Assembly: GCA_047601445.1 (NCBI GenBank)
Contig: JASGJH010000001.1
Span: 2,176,001 to 2,240,000, forward strand
Length of the DNA: 64,000 bases
Source of the DNA: Myxococcales bacterium
GTDB taxonomy: Bacteria; Myxococcota_A; Polyangia; Polyangiales; DASUME01
Direction of reading: 5' to 3'
Every line of letters starts with the position of its first letter. The first letter of the stretch is position 1. The position numbers were made by a program, and so were the translations under genes. Below the pieces are notes generated by a model that was given only the letters and a program-made list of their open reading frames with translations, ran no database searches and was not told where the DNA came from. This document shows, piece after piece, positions 1 through 9,923 of the stretch.

Positions 1-1535
1 GCAACTCGCGGACCCGCAGCTCGGCCGAAGGCGGCAGCGCCTGCCCAGCCACCGACCACGCCCCCTCGCTCAGCGCGAGCGCGCGCGCAAAGCCTGGCGC
101 ACGCGCCTCGATCTGGGCGAACTCGCTCGGCTGCTGGGCGTCCCAAGGCGTCAGACTGGTGAAACGTTGGGGAGCCGGATCTCAGCAAGTCCAAGAGCGC
201 AGCCGGGAACACCGAGAGCAGAGGCTCCTCGCCGCGTTGAACCGGCAGCGAACCCTTGGCGAGCGCGCCGCGCACCACCAACGACTCACGCTTCGACCCA
301 GCCAGCGTCAGGGTCATGCGCGCCTGCTCGGGACCAGGGCTCAAGGGCAAGAACTCACTGGCACGAAGAGCCGCCAGCTGCGACAGCCAAAGCTCCACTG
401 CCTCGCGATCCACGTTCTCCTTGGCCGCACCGACCCAGTTCTCTCCGTCGCGCTTGAGCGATAGCTTGCGACCGCCCGCCGACAGCTCGAAGGCCTCCAC
501 TTGGCTGGGATCCACGCCCAACAGGCCTTGTCGACGGAAGGTGCTGAAGTCGGCGCTGAACGGCTTGAGCGCGTCGGCCGCCACGCACACCACGGGTCCC
601 TTGGCGCCCGCTTGAGCAAGCCGCTCGTCGGCATGGTCGGGACAAGGCCCGGCCACGCGCAACTCCACGAGCCGCGGAGACTGATCCTCGCGCTTCTGGT
701 CGGGCAAGATGCTCACACGCACGGCGATCTCGGGCTTGGCGAGCGCCACCTGGGCGCCCGTGAGCAAGGGACCCGGCTCGAGGTAACGCGTGGCCTTGAG
801 GTCATCCAGGGCCGATAGAGACCCGTCGATGTGCCCGCCGTCGGCAAAGCCCTTGGGTCCCTGGGTCGCATCACTCACCTCGAACCACCAAGGCGCATCG
901 CCCTCACCACGCGACAGCACGAGCTTCTGATCGCCGTGATCGATCTCTACCTTGCGCACCCACCCGATGACGATGGAGGCGCCCAGGATGTCTTTGCCTC
1001 GGAAGTGACCGCTCGAATGGTCGAGCGCCTCCGTGAGCGTCTTGGGCACGACGTAGGCGCTGTCGGCGTCGTCGGTGCGCACGTAGACGCTCTCCCCGTG
1101 AACGTCCGGCTTGCCCACAGCCAACAGATGACGCTCGTCGCCCGCGCGATACCAGATGCGGTAGCGCGGCGCGCTCAAACCGAACGCCTTGGCGTCGGCG
1201 GCGCTGACGTTCTCGAGGGTGCGGCGCGCGCTGAGCCACTCGAGCTCCCCCAACACCTGATCGACCGCGTCCTGATCGGCTTCGGTCCGTTCGGGCTCGA
1301 GCATTTGCCAAGCGCCTAGCGTACCGTCCTCGAGCGGCTTGCGCTCGAGCACCACCGCCTTGCCACCACGCTGAAGCTCGAGCCGATCGACACGCTCGCG
1401 CACGAACGAGCCGAGCACGCGCCCCTTGCGAGCGTCGAGCTCTTTGCTGGTAAGGCTCGTGCGCTCGAAGACGAGCACATAACCCACGAGCAGCGCCGTG
1501 AGCGCCGCCAGAACCAAGACCGCGCGCTGACTCAT
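1..1535 (-). CDS. DUF4340-like membrane-anchored periplasmic protein (partial, runs off left edge; probable frameshift near 182)
   Basis: Not in the ORF track. ATG at 1535 reads MSQRAVLVLAALTALLVGYVLVFERTS..., an N-terminal TM helix followed by repeated units (WQMLEPERTEADQDAVDQVLGEL...FGLSAP...VGK). It lies directly after a GldG-like gene, the usual DUF4340 context. Confidence 0.75.
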   Translation of the reverse strand, partial: MSQRAVLVLAALTALLVGYVLVFERTSLTSKELDARKGRVLGSFVRERVDRLELQRGGKAVVLERKPLEDGTLGAWQMLEPERTEADQDAVDQVLGELEWLSARRTLENVSAADAKAFGLSAPRYRIWYRAGDERHLLAVGKPDVHGESVYVRTDDADSAYVVPKTLTEALDHSSGHFRGKDILGASIVIGWVRKVEIDHGDQKLVLSRGEGDAPWWFEVSDATQGPKGFADGGHIDGSLSALDDLKATRYLEPGPLLTGAQVALAKPEIAVRVSILPDQKREDQSPRLVELRVAGPCPDHADERLAQAGAKGPVVCVAADALKPFSADFSTFRRQGLLGVDPSQVEAFELSAGGRKLSLKRDGENWVGAAKENVDREAVELWLSQLAALRASEFLPLSPGPEQARMTLTLAGSKRESLVVRGALAKGSLPVQRGEEPLLSVFPAALLDLLRSGSPTFHQSDALGRPAAERVRPDRGACARLCARARAERGGVVGGWAGAAAFGRAAGPRV

Positions 1536-1563
1536 GCCGGGTTGCCTCGCTCTTCCTGTCGCC

Positions 1564-3093
1564 TCATTGCCGGCGCTGCCACCAGACGCCGAGCCCGAGC
1601 ACGAGCGCCGAGAGGGGCATCAACAGCACGACCCGCAGGAACACGCCGAACAAGCCATCCTCGGTCATCACCACGGACTGCGCGTTGATCTTGCGCGGCG
1701 CGATGGCCACCAACGCCTCACGCTCCGTGAGCCAGCCGGTGAAGCTCGAGAGCAGATCGACGTTGGCCACCTCGGCTTGATCGATGAACTGCGGAGCGAG
1801 CCAGTCGCTGTCCCCGATCACGATCATGCGGCCACCGAGGCGCTTGGGCTTGCCGCTGCCGGGTTCCTCGGGGCGCGTGTCCACGGCCGCCGCCAGCGTG
1901 ACGGGCGCTTGCACGTCCCCCTCGCCGGGCTTGAGGTCGTCCCCCGCGGTGAGCTGGGTGAGCGTGGACTCTCCGTAGGCCTTCTCGCTCGCCTTGAGCA
2001 ACACCTGGGCATCGCTGCCAGGGGCCACGCTCAGCGTGCGCGCCAGCTGCATCACCACCGGCGCGCCGAGCGCAACCAGCGGGCGCACCGTCTCGTGATC
2101 GCCGAAGCCGAGCACGAGAAAATGCTCCACCGGGCTCGGCGAGAGCAGACGCGCGGCATCGAGCTCCACCAGCACGTCCTGATCCAACGTCACACCGAAG
2201 GCCGACGTCAGCCCTTCGAGCCCGGTCGGCAGGATCTGCTCTCCCGAGATCACCGGATCGAGCATGAGCAAAAGGTTGCCGCCGGCCTCGAGATAGCTCT
2301 TGAAGGCAGCACTCTCCGCATCCGTGAACGCCTTTTGGGGCCCCAGCACGAACACCGCGTCGCAGTCCTTCGGGAAGCTGTCTTTGCCGCGCGTGGCGAG
2401 CGACTCGAGCACGATGTTCTCGCGCTTGAGCACCTCGCGGATGGAGGTGAGGTTGCGCTCACCTCCGTTGTCGAGCGTCCACTCGCCGTGACCGTCCGTG
2501 ACGCACACCTTGGTGGGACGTCCCGTCGTGACCTGCACCAGAGCGCCGGTCAGCGCCTGCTCGGTCTTGACGTTCACCTTCGGTGTCTGGCCCTGCCCCT
2601 CGAGCGAGTCGTAGTCCAGCTCGACCAGATCGGGGCGCGTGATGCTCCAGCGCTTGTCGCCGCTCACGGCCAGCACGGCCAATTCGGCCTCGGTCTGGCC
2701 ACCTTCGTGCAGCGCCACGCGGACGCCGAACTTCTCCGCCAGGAGTCGGAACTTGGCGGGCTCGCGATCGGGGTCCACGGTGTGTACCGTGAGCTTGTCG
2801 GTCTTCGATTGGTAGCGGGTCAGGAGTTCCTTGATCTCCTGGAAATTGGGCTCCCCGCTCGACATGAACAGGTAGAGGTCCACCGGTTTGGGCAGCTCCT
2901 TGAGCACCTCCTCGGTGCGCGGCGACAGCGTGAACAGCTGGTCACGTGTCAGGTCCCAGCGCTCGTAGCGTCGGAACGAGATGTAGTTCACCAGCACCAC
3001 GATCATCGCCACCAGGGCCGAGCCCACGATGGCCAGGCTCTTGGACGCGCTCGCGCCGGAGGCGGGCTTCGACTTCGGGCTTGCCTCGGTCAT
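1564..3093 (-). CDS. GldG-family ABC transporter auxiliary (ABC_transp_aux) protein
   Basis: True start is MTEASPK at 3093 (ATGA overlap with the permease stop). Motifs WDLTRDQLFTLS, VDPDREP, TDGHGE, YLEAGGNLLLMLDP, IGDSDW; C-terminal TM ending VWWQRRQ. Confidence 0.88.
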   Translation of the reverse strand: MTEASPKSKPASGASASKSLAIVGSALVAMIVVLVNYISFRRYERWDLTRDQLFTLSPRTEEVLKELPKPVDLYLFMSSGEPNFQEIKELLTRYQSKTDKLTVHTVDPDREPAKFRLLAEKFGVRVALHEGGQTEAELAVLAVSGDKRWSITRPDLVELDYDSLEGQGQTPKVNVKTEQALTGALVQVTTGRPTKVCVTDGHGEWTLDNGGERNLTSIREVLKRENIVLESLATRGKDSFPKDCDAVFVLGPQKAFTDAESAAFKSYLEAGGNLLLMLDPVISGEQILPTGLEGLTSAFGVTLDQDVLVELDAARLLSPSPVEHFLVLGFGDHETVRPLVALGAPVVMQLARTLSVAPGSDAQVLLKASEKAYGESTLTQLTAGDDLKPGEGDVQAPVTLAAAVDTRPEEPGSGKPKRLGGRMIVIGDSDWLAPQFIDQAEVANVDLLSSFTGWLTEREALVAIAPRKINAQSVVMTEDGLFGVFLRVVLLMPLSALVLGLGVWWQRRQ

Positions 3094-3836
3094 ACCCACC
3101 TCCGCCCCTCGAGCACGCGCCAGGCGAGGTACACGAACAGCGCCGCCACACTCAGGTCGAACACTACGAAGCGAGAGTCCACGATGCCCTTGGAGAAGGC
3201 CTGCATGTGTCCCCACAGGCTGATGTAGTCCACCGCGTCGCGATAGGCGGCGAAGCTCTCGATGAAGGAGAGCAGACCGACCGCGAACAACCCCGCCAGG
3301 ATCATGAAGGTGAGTAGTGCTGCGGTGATTTGGTTCTTGGCCAGTGCGCTCATCGCGAGTCCGATGGCCATGTAGTAGGTGCCGATGCCGAGCACACCCA
3401 GGTAGCTGGAGAGCACGGCGCCCATGTCCACGTTGCCGAACTGCCGCGTGATCCAGACGTAAAGCCCCGTGGGAATCCAGAGCGCGATCCAGAACACCAG
3501 GGCCGCCATGTACTTCCCGAGCACCACGTGCGCCGTGGTGATGGGCGCGGTCAGGAGCGGCTCGAGGGTGCCGGTATGTCGCTCCTCCGCCAGCAGGCGC
3601 ATCGTGAGCACCGGCGCGAACACCAACAGCGGGATGAAGAAGAGCACGGAGCCACCGAAGAACGCGCTGAGCGGGTTGGAGCTCGCGCTGAGGCTCGGTG
3701 CGCCAGCGTAGAGGCCAGCCAACAGGTAGTACTGCAGGCCGCACCAGATGAGCCACACCACCGTGACGACGTAGGCGATGGGCGAGACGAAGTAGGCGAA
3801 CACTTCGCGTTTGGCGATGGTCCAGGCGGGTTTCAC
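3090..3836 (-). CDS. ABC-2 type permease (GldF-like)
   Basis: IAKREVFAYFVSPIAYVV, LTMRLLAEERHTGTLEPLLTAP, VVLGKY; about six TM segments. Confidence 0.92.
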   Translation of the reverse strand: MKPAWTIAKREVFAYFVSPIAYVVTVVWLIWCGLQYYLLAGLYAGAPSLSASSNPLSAFFGGSVLFFIPLLVFAPVLTMRLLAEERHTGTLEPLLTAPITTAHVVLGKYMAALVFWIALWIPTGLYVWITRQFGNVDMGAVLSSYLGVLGIGTYYMAIGLAMSALAKNQITAALLTFMILAGLFAVGLLSFIESFAAYRDAVDYISLWGHMQAFSKGIVDSRFVVFDLSVAALFVYLAWRVLEGRRWV

Positions 3837-4819
3837 GAGACCTTCTCCTGAGCTGGCTCGCTGGCCTCGGTGCCGACCTCGCGGGTGGTGAGGCGCGTGA
3901 AGACGTCCTCCAGGGTGGCGTCCTCACGACGCAGCTCGCGCAGGTTGAGCCCGGCGTCCGCCACCTGGCGGAACACGGATTCGGCCACGCTGTCGAGGTC
4001 CGTGGCCGCGACCTCGAGTCGAGCGCGCAACACGCCCTCGGTGCCGACGGGATTGATCACGGGCGCGCCGTGCAGCTTGTCCACCTTGGACAGGGCAGCC
4101 ACCAACGTCGGCTGATCGGCGCGCAGCTCCAGCGTCAGCGAACGCACGCCAGCGCCGGCGCTGCGCAGATCCTCGGGGCGGCCGGTGGAAACCAGGCGTC
4201 CCTTGTCGATGATCAGCACCCGCCCACAGATGGCCTCCACCTCGGGCAGGATGTGGGTCGAGAGCAAGACGGTCTTTTCCCGCGACAGCTCGCGGACGAG
4301 ATCGCGCACCTGGCGGATCTGGTTCGGATCGAGGCCCGCCGTGGGTTCGTCGAGGATCAACAGGGGCGGATCGGCCACCAGCGCATCGGCCAGTCCCACG
4401 CGTTGCCGGTAGCCCTTGCTGAGCTGACCGATGATGCGCGTGCGCACGTCTCCGACGTTGGCTAGTTGGAGGGCCCGGTCGACCCCCTTCTCGATGTGCC
4501 CGCGCGGCACGCCCTTGAGTTCGGCCCGGAACCGCAGGTATTCGATTACCCGCATGTCGAGGTAGAGCGGGACCGCTTCGGGCATGTATCCCACGCGTCG
4601 CTTGACCTCGGTCGGTTCCTTGCGCGCGTCCAGTCCGGCCACCCGCACCTCTCCCTCGCTGGGCTCGAGGAAGCCGGTAAGCATGCGCAAGGTCGTGCTC
4701 TTGCCAGCACCGTTTGGTCCCAGAAAGCCCACCACCTCCCCGCGCGCTACCTCGAAACTGAGATCTCGCACGGCGACACGGTCACCGTAGCGCTTCACCA
4801 AGTGACGAACTTCAATCAC
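3833..4819 (-). CDS. ABC transporter ATP-binding protein (GldA-like)
   Basis: GTG start at 4819 after AGGAG. Walker A GPNGAGKST, signature LSKGYRQR, Walker B LILDEP, H-loop STH. Confidence 0.95.
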   Translation of the reverse strand: MIEVRHLVKRYGDRVAVRDLSFEVARGEVVGFLGPNGAGKSTTLRMLTGFLEPSEGEVRVAGLDARKEPTEVKRRVGYMPEAVPLYLDMRVIEYLRFRAELKGVPRGHIEKGVDRALQLANVGDVRTRIIGQLSKGYRQRVGLADALVADPPLLILDEPTAGLDPNQIRQVRDLVRELSREKTVLLSTHILPEVEAICGRVLIIDKGRLVSTGRPEDLRSAGAGVRSLTLELRADQPTLVAALSKVDKLHGAPVINPVGTEGVLRARLEVAATDLDSVAESVFRQVADAGLNLRELRREDATLEDVFTRLTTREVGTEASEPAQEKVS

Positions 4820-5121
4820 CGACGCTCCTGGGCTGGATACCGGGCCCTTTCGTAACCAGCATCGCGTTTCCCCGCAAGCTCGGGCCCGGTCCTGAAAATC
4901 TGGCCGCCCCCCCGCAACGAAGGGCAAAGAGCATGGGCGTGGTATGGTCAGCGAACGGTGGGACCCTCTTCTCGGCAGCGCTGGGACAGGCTTTGCCTGC
5001 GGGCACAAGCGTGCCGGCGCGCGCGCGCTGGGGTTCTGCTCGCGGGCGGACCCGCCCGCTTCGACCGCCCGAGGTCCGCGCTCTCCTGGCCCCCCTGCCG
5101 CTCCTACGCGGCCCGAGGCCC

Positions 5122-5790
5122 ATGCTGAGCCCCGACGAAGAATTGGTCCAGCGGGCCCAACGAGGCGATCGCGCAGCCTTCAAAGCGCTGTTCATGGCTC
5201 ACCGGGCCCAGGTCGCCCGGCTGGTTCAGCGTTTCGTGCCCGCCAATGAAGTCGAGGATGTCTCGCAGGAGGTGTTCCTCCATGTGCACCGCTCCCTGGG
5301 CTCGTTCCGAGGTGACTCGCGGTTCTCGACCTGGCTCTACCGACTGACGCTCAACGTGACCCGGATGCACGTCCGCAAGCAGCAGTCGCGTCCCAAGCTC
5401 TCCCTGGCTGGGGACGACGAGCACGGCCGGCTCGAGCGCACCGAGCCCGAGACCCCCGCCTCGGAAGCCGAGCGCAACGAGCGCTTGGCGGCCCTGCGGC
5501 GGCTGGTGGGAGAGCTAGCGGAGAAGAAGCGCGAGGCGCTCGTCCTGCACGACTTCGAGGGGCTCTCGGCGGAAGAGATCGCCAAGATCGTGGAAGCTCC
5601 GGTGATGACCGTGCGAACCCGGGTGTTCTACGCCCGCAAGGAGCTCTACGCGGCCATCGCCTTGGACCCCGCGCTCGCGCAAGCCCACCAGGCGCTGCTC
5701 GCGAGTTCGGCCAAGAACGTCGGCAGCGGCGGAAAGGCTGGGCTTGCCCGCAATTCCGAGCCGGCCACGACTTCCGGAGAGGGCGAATGA
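5122..5790 (+). CDS. ECF RNA polymerase sigma factor
   Basis: MLSPDEELVQRAQRGDRAAF; region 2 EDVSQEVF...FRGDSRFSTWLYR; region 4 EGLSAEEIA...TVRTRVFYARKEL. Confidence 0.93.
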   Translation: MLSPDEELVQRAQRGDRAAFKALFMAHRAQVARLVQRFVPANEVEDVSQEVFLHVHRSLGSFRGDSRFSTWLYRLTLNVTRMHVRKQQSRPKLSLAGDDEHGRLERTEPETPASEAERNERLAALRRLVGELAEKKREALVLHDFEGLSAEEIAKIVEAPVMTVRTRVFYARKELYAAIALDPALAQAHQALLASSAKNVGSGGKAGLARNSEPATTSGEGE

Positions 5791-7253
5791 CCCTCCATCG
5801 GCCCAAGCAGATGGCACTCGAGGCCTACGCCCAACGGCGCCTGTCGGGCGCGGGCAAGCTGCGCGTGGAGCGTCACCTGCGGGCCTGCCTGGCGTGCCAG
5901 CAGATGCTGGACACCATCTTCACGTACGAGGATCTGCGGGCCGAGGCGGTCCACGAGCCTGCCGTCGAGCTGTCCTGGGAGCGTCTCGAGCAGGCTCTGG
6001 ATCAAGCACCTTCCGAAGGCCGTACGCCCGCACGACCGGCGGCCCCTGCGGCCCCTAAGGTGAGCGGAAAGCTCATCGCCCTGGCCTGGCCGGTGCTCGC
6101 GCTCGCAGCCACCTTCGTGTTCGGCTACCTGGCGCTCTCCGAGCGGCATGCGCCCGAAGTCGCGCGACCGAGCGTGCCGCAAACTCTCCCGCAACCCGTG
6201 GCCGAGGCAGCCAGTCACGGCTGGATCACCTTGGTGGCCGCGGGCGCAGAGCTCGAAATCGCCGGCCAGCGCACCCCAGCACAACCTGGACAGCTGGTGC
6301 CCGAAGGGGCGCGCATCCTCACCCGGCAAGGCGCCGAGGTGCACGTCGCCCTGGCGGGCGGAAGCGGCATCATCGTGGAGGCCGAGAGCGAGATTGAGAT
6401 CGCGCGCCTCCGCGAACACAGCGTGCAGCTCAACGTACGGGCCGGCGCGGTGTTCCAGCAGGTGAGAAAGCTCGCCCCCGACGAGCGCTACGAGGTCGCT
6501 TTCGGGCCCTATGTCGCGCGCGTCCATGGCACGCGCTTCCAAGTCGCCCATGGCGCGCACTCGAGCGTGTCGGTCACGGAAGGGCGCGTCGGCGTCTACC
6601 AGGGCGATCAAATGATCGCCGACTTGAACGCGGGCCAGAACTGGAGCTCCGAGCCCTCGGAACCGCCCGCGCCCAACCGCGATCGCAAGGTGCATGCGGC
6701 TGAGCCCGGCTCCGAAACCTGGCCCACCCTTGCTCTACCGCCCGTGGCCAACGTCATCGCGTGGCGGGTCGACGACACCACGGTGAGCGCACTGGGCGGC
6801 CTCGCCATGCGCATGCCGGCAGGCGACGTGACCCTGAAGTACGAAGACGCCCGTGGACGAGAGCGCGCGCTCTCCCTGCAGGTGGCGCCGGAAGGCAGCG
6901 CGCTCGAGGAGCAGCACATCCGTGACCTGATCGCCGCCCAGAACGATCCGCGCGGACACCTCGATCCGGAGCAGATTGCGCCCGTGGTGCGGGCTGGCCT
7001 CGATTCCTTGCGCCGTTGCTATGAGCGCGGACTCAAGCGAGACCCGCGCCTGGTGGGCAAGCTCCTGCTGTCGATCCGCGTGGCGCCCGACGGTCACGTG
7101 GCCAGGGCGACGCTCGATTCCGGCGACGGCCCCGCCCTGCCGCTGGACGTCGAGAGCTGCATCCAGGGCGAAGCGCGCAGCTGGATGTTCCCGCGACCCA
7201 CGGGCGGCTTCGTGGTGTTCGAGGTGCCGCTCAACTTGAAGAGCTCGCACTGA
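5787..7253 (+). CDS. Membrane anti-sigma factor: zinc-finger (ZAS) + TM + FecR-like domain + AgmX/PglI (TonB-C-like) C-terminal domain
   Basis: ATGA overlap with the sigma gene. HLRACLAC (HxxxCxxC), one TM, FecR-like ARVHGTRFQV...VSVTEGRV, C-terminal IAPVVRAGLDSLRRCYERGLKRDPRLVGK...CIQ...WMFPRP. Confidence 0.8.
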   Translation: MTLHRPKQMALEAYAQRRLSGAGKLRVERHLRACLACQQMLDTIFTYEDLRAEAVHEPAVELSWERLEQALDQAPSEGRTPARPAAPAAPKVSGKLIALAWPVLALAATFVFGYLALSERHAPEVARPSVPQTLPQPVAEAASHGWITLVAAGAELEIAGQRTPAQPGQLVPEGARILTRQGAEVHVALAGGSGIIVEAESEIEIARLREHSVQLNVRAGAVFQQVRKLAPDERYEVAFGPYVARVHGTRFQVAHGAHSSVSVTEGRVGVYQGDQMIADLNAGQNWSSEPSEPPAPNRDRKVHAAEPGSETWPTLALPPVANVIAWRVDDTTVSALGGLAMRMPAGDVTLKYEDARGRERALSLQVAPEGSALEEQHIRDLIAAQNDPRGHLDPEQIAPVVRAGLDSLRRCYERGLKRDPRLVGKLLLSIRVAPDGHVARATLDSGDGPALPLDVESCIQGEARSWMFPRPTGGFVVFEVPLNLKSSH

Positions 7254-7317
7254 ACGCGATTGCGGTGTTGCGCCGGGTTTTTGCGATCGCGAATCGCGAA
7301 CTCCTACAATCGCCTAC

Positions 7318-8445
7318 ATGGTTGTCGTGTCGTTGAATCCTCCGCGGGCCAGGGCCGCCGTGTCGTCCCTGGCGACCCGCCTCTTGTTGTGTGCCGCGGC
7401 TCTGGGCGGCGGAGCGGCCACCGCCCGCTATACCGATATCGCCCGCTGCAACGCGCACGGCTTGGGTCCACGCCCTGGCGCGCAGTCCCAGGAGAGCCGA
7501 CCGCGCCAGGAGGCGCAAGGCTCGGCGCGTGCCCTGACGGCCAGCACATCCGGCGCCGCGCCGGTGCTCTTGAGTGCAGTCATGGCGGAAGCCCCGGCGA
7601 GTGACGCCGAAGACGACCCTGCCCCTCACGACGCACTGGGAGCATCCCTGGCCCGCGGCGCGATCATGACCGGGTCCACGCCGCAGCGGCTCATCTTGTT
7701 TACCTTCGACGACGGGCCAGATCGTGCGACGACGCCGCTCCTGCTCGATCGCCTCGATGCAGCCGGCGTGCGCGCCGTGTTCTTCCTGACCGGCGCGAAC
7801 CTGGTAGGTGAAAACGCCGCCCAGCGCCGCAACCAGCAGATCGCGCGTGAGACCGTGGCGCGCGGGCACTTCGTGGCCTCCCACGGCATGAACCACCGGC
7901 AGCTCCCGCTGTTGAGCGACCTCGAGGTGAGCTCCGAGGTCGTGCAGACCGAGCAGATCTTCGAGCGCGTGCTGGGCGCGCGTCCGTGGCTGATCCGCCC
8001 GCCCGGAGGTGCGCATTCGCCGCGTGTGGACAAGCTGCTGGCGGCGCGCGGCTATACGACCATGTTGTGGAACCTCGGCGCCGGGGACTTCCAGGTGCGC
8101 ACCGCCAAGGAAGTCCACGAGACGTGGCGCAAGGTCTTCGAGCGCCGTGAAGCCGAGGGTGAACGCGGCGGCATCGTGTTGCTCCACGACACCTATGCCT
8201 GGAGCGTGGACGCCTTTCAGCTGATCATGCGAGACCTGCTGGATCGGAACTGCGCGCTGCTCGAAAGTGACCAGGAGCTCTACGACTTCGTCGACGATCC
8301 CAGCATCTTTTTCGCGCCGCGCGACGACCAGGACGTGAGCGCCGTGGCCAAGCCGGCCATGCTCGACCCCACGCGCCACGAGCTGCGCCAGGCCGCGCTG
8401 CGCGAAGAGACCCGCCAGCGCTGCAGCACCTTGGCCGCTTACTAA
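7318..8445 (+). CDS. Polysaccharide deacetylase (NodB/CE4 family), probably exported
   Basis: TFDDGP, SHGMNH, RPPGG and IVLLHD motifs; hydrophobic N-terminal segment. Confidence 0.9.
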   Translation: MVVVSLNPPRARAAVSSLATRLLLCAAALGGGAATARYTDIARCNAHGLGPRPGAQSQESRPRQEAQGSARALTASTSGAAPVLLSAVMAEAPASDAEDDPAPHDALGASLARGAIMTGSTPQRLILFTFDDGPDRATTPLLLDRLDAAGVRAVFFLTGANLVGENAAQRRNQQIARETVARGHFVASHGMNHRQLPLLSDLEVSSEVVQTEQIFERVLGARPWLIRPPGGAHSPRVDKLLAARGYTTMLWNLGAGDFQVRTAKEVHETWRKVFERREAEGERGGIVLLHDTYAWSVDAFQLIMRDLLDRNCALLESDQELYDFVDDPSIFFAPRDDQDVSAVAKPAMLDPTRHELRQAALREETRQRCSTLAAY

Positions 8446-9818
8446 CGCGCGAACACGCGAGCCTTGAGTCCACCCTTCGGCCGAATCGTGACGCTGGGTA
8501 GGAGCCGCGGCACGGCCTGACTCTCCAGCTCGAAGCGGAAGCGCGACAGCAACATCACCAGCACAATCTTGGCCTCCACCAGCGAGAAGTGCGCGCCTGG
8601 ACAGATGCGCGGGCCGCCGCCGAATGGGAAGTAGGCGAAGCGAGGCAGGTCGCGCGTCTCCTCGCCGAGCCAGCGCTCGGGACGAAAGGCGCTGGGGTCG
8701 CGGAAGAAACGCGGGTCGCGCTGGGTCACCCACTGGAAGGCCCAGACCTGGTCGCCCTTCTTGATGCGATAACCACCGAGCTCGGTGTCGACGAGCGCCT
8801 CGCGCCCAATCGAATAGGCTGGCGGATACAAGCGCAGCGACTCGCGCAGGACGATGTCCATGTACGTGAGCTGGGTTAGTTGCGCCGCGCTCGGGCGACC
8901 GCCGGGCGCGTGTTGATGGAGCTCCTCGACCAAGCGGGCTTCTACCTCGGGGTGCTGGCCAACCAGCATGAGGCAGAACGTCAGCAACAACGCCGTGGTC
9001 TCGTGGCCAGCGAGCAACATCGTGATCGACTCGTTGCGCAGCAAGCTATCCGACATGGGACGGCCCGCCTCGTCGCGTGCGGCGATCAGCCTGGAGAGCA
9101 GGTCGTTGCCCGGTTGAGCCGCCCGACGACGCTCGTCGATGATCGACTGGACGATTTGATTGAGCCGCGCCACGTCCTGGCGATTGCGCAGGTTGCCCGG
9201 CGTGGGAACCCAGTCGGGCCAGCGCAGGCCCGTGCTCATGAAACCGAGGTAGTGCACCAGGAAGCGTTCCACGAGCCCACCGATCTCGCCGGCCACCTCC
9301 GAGGTCTCCGCCCCGAATAGCGTGCGCCCCGCGATGTCCAGCGTGAGCCGCATCATCTCGGCGTGGAGATCCACGCTGCTGCCTTGGAGCGACTGGAAAC
9401 GCCCGAGCGCGGGCTCGGTGCACCCCGCCATGCTTTCCACGAAGGAGTCCACCCTGCGAGGCGTGAACTCGGGCTGCACGATGCGCCGCTGTGCACGCCA
9501 CGAGGCCCCCTCGTTGACGAGCAAGCCCTGGCCCAACAAGCCTTCGAGGATGCGCGTCGTGAAGTCCTTGCGATAGAGCTCGTGGTCGCGCACCAGGAAC
9601 CGCTCGAGATCGTCGGGGTGAAGAATCAGGTACACGTCGTAGGGCGGAAGCCGCAGCTTCACGACGTCGCCGAGCTCACGAAAGCGCTCCGCCGCGGACA
9701 ACACGTCGCGCAACACCGGGAAGTGACCCACCAGCGGATAGCCGGGTGGCGCAGGCGGAACACGCGAGGTCTCAGCGCTCGCCTCGCGGCCGGGATGGGG
9801 AACGGTGGGCTGCGGCAT
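8442..9818 (-). CDS. Cytochrome P450
   Basis: AGHETT I-helix, ESLR (ExxR), FRPERW, heme loop FGGGPRICPG. Confidence 0.96.
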   Translation of the reverse strand: MPQPTVPHPGREASAETSRVPPAPPGYPLVGHFPVLRDVLSAAERFRELGDVVKLRLPPYDVYLILHPDDLERFLVRDHELYRKDFTTRILEGLLGQGLLVNEGASWRAQRRIVQPEFTPRRVDSFVESMAGCTEPALGRFQSLQGSSVDLHAEMMRLTLDIAGRTLFGAETSEVAGEIGGLVERFLVHYLGFMSTGLRWPDWVPTPGNLRNRQDVARLNQIVQSIIDERRRAAQPGNDLLSRLIAARDEAGRPMSDSLLRNESITMLLAGHETTALLLTFCLMLVGQHPEVEARLVEELHQHAPGGRPSAAQLTQLTYMDIVLRESLRLYPPAYSIGREALVDTELGGYRIKKGDQVWAFQWVTQRDPRFFRDPSAFRPERWLGEETRDLPRFAYFPFGGGPRICPGAHFSLVEAKIVLVMLLSRFRFELESQAVPRLLPSVTIRPKGGLKARVFAR

Positions 9819-9923
9819 TGGGGAGTCTTATAGCGTGACCCTTCGACGGCGCTGCCGTGCTCGGCTGTAGGCCCTGTTCCCACCGCCTACCGGACACGCT
9901 CCAACTTCGCTAGCGTTGCGGTC

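Noticed and set aside
1534..3228. 564-aa ORF on + and many similar Arg/Ala/Gly-rich ORFs across the window (e.g. 10431-12050, 32788-34071, 52077-53585)
   Set aside because: They overlap well-supported genes in other frames or strands and lack recognisable motifs.
3094..3927. Apparent N-terminal extension making the GldG-like ORF 787 aa
   Set aside because: It overlaps the permease in another frame; the real start is the coupled ATG at 3093.
8442..9818. P450 as part of a secondary-metabolite cluster
   Set aside because: No PKS, NRPS, terpene cyclase or RiPP precursor is recognisable nearby.
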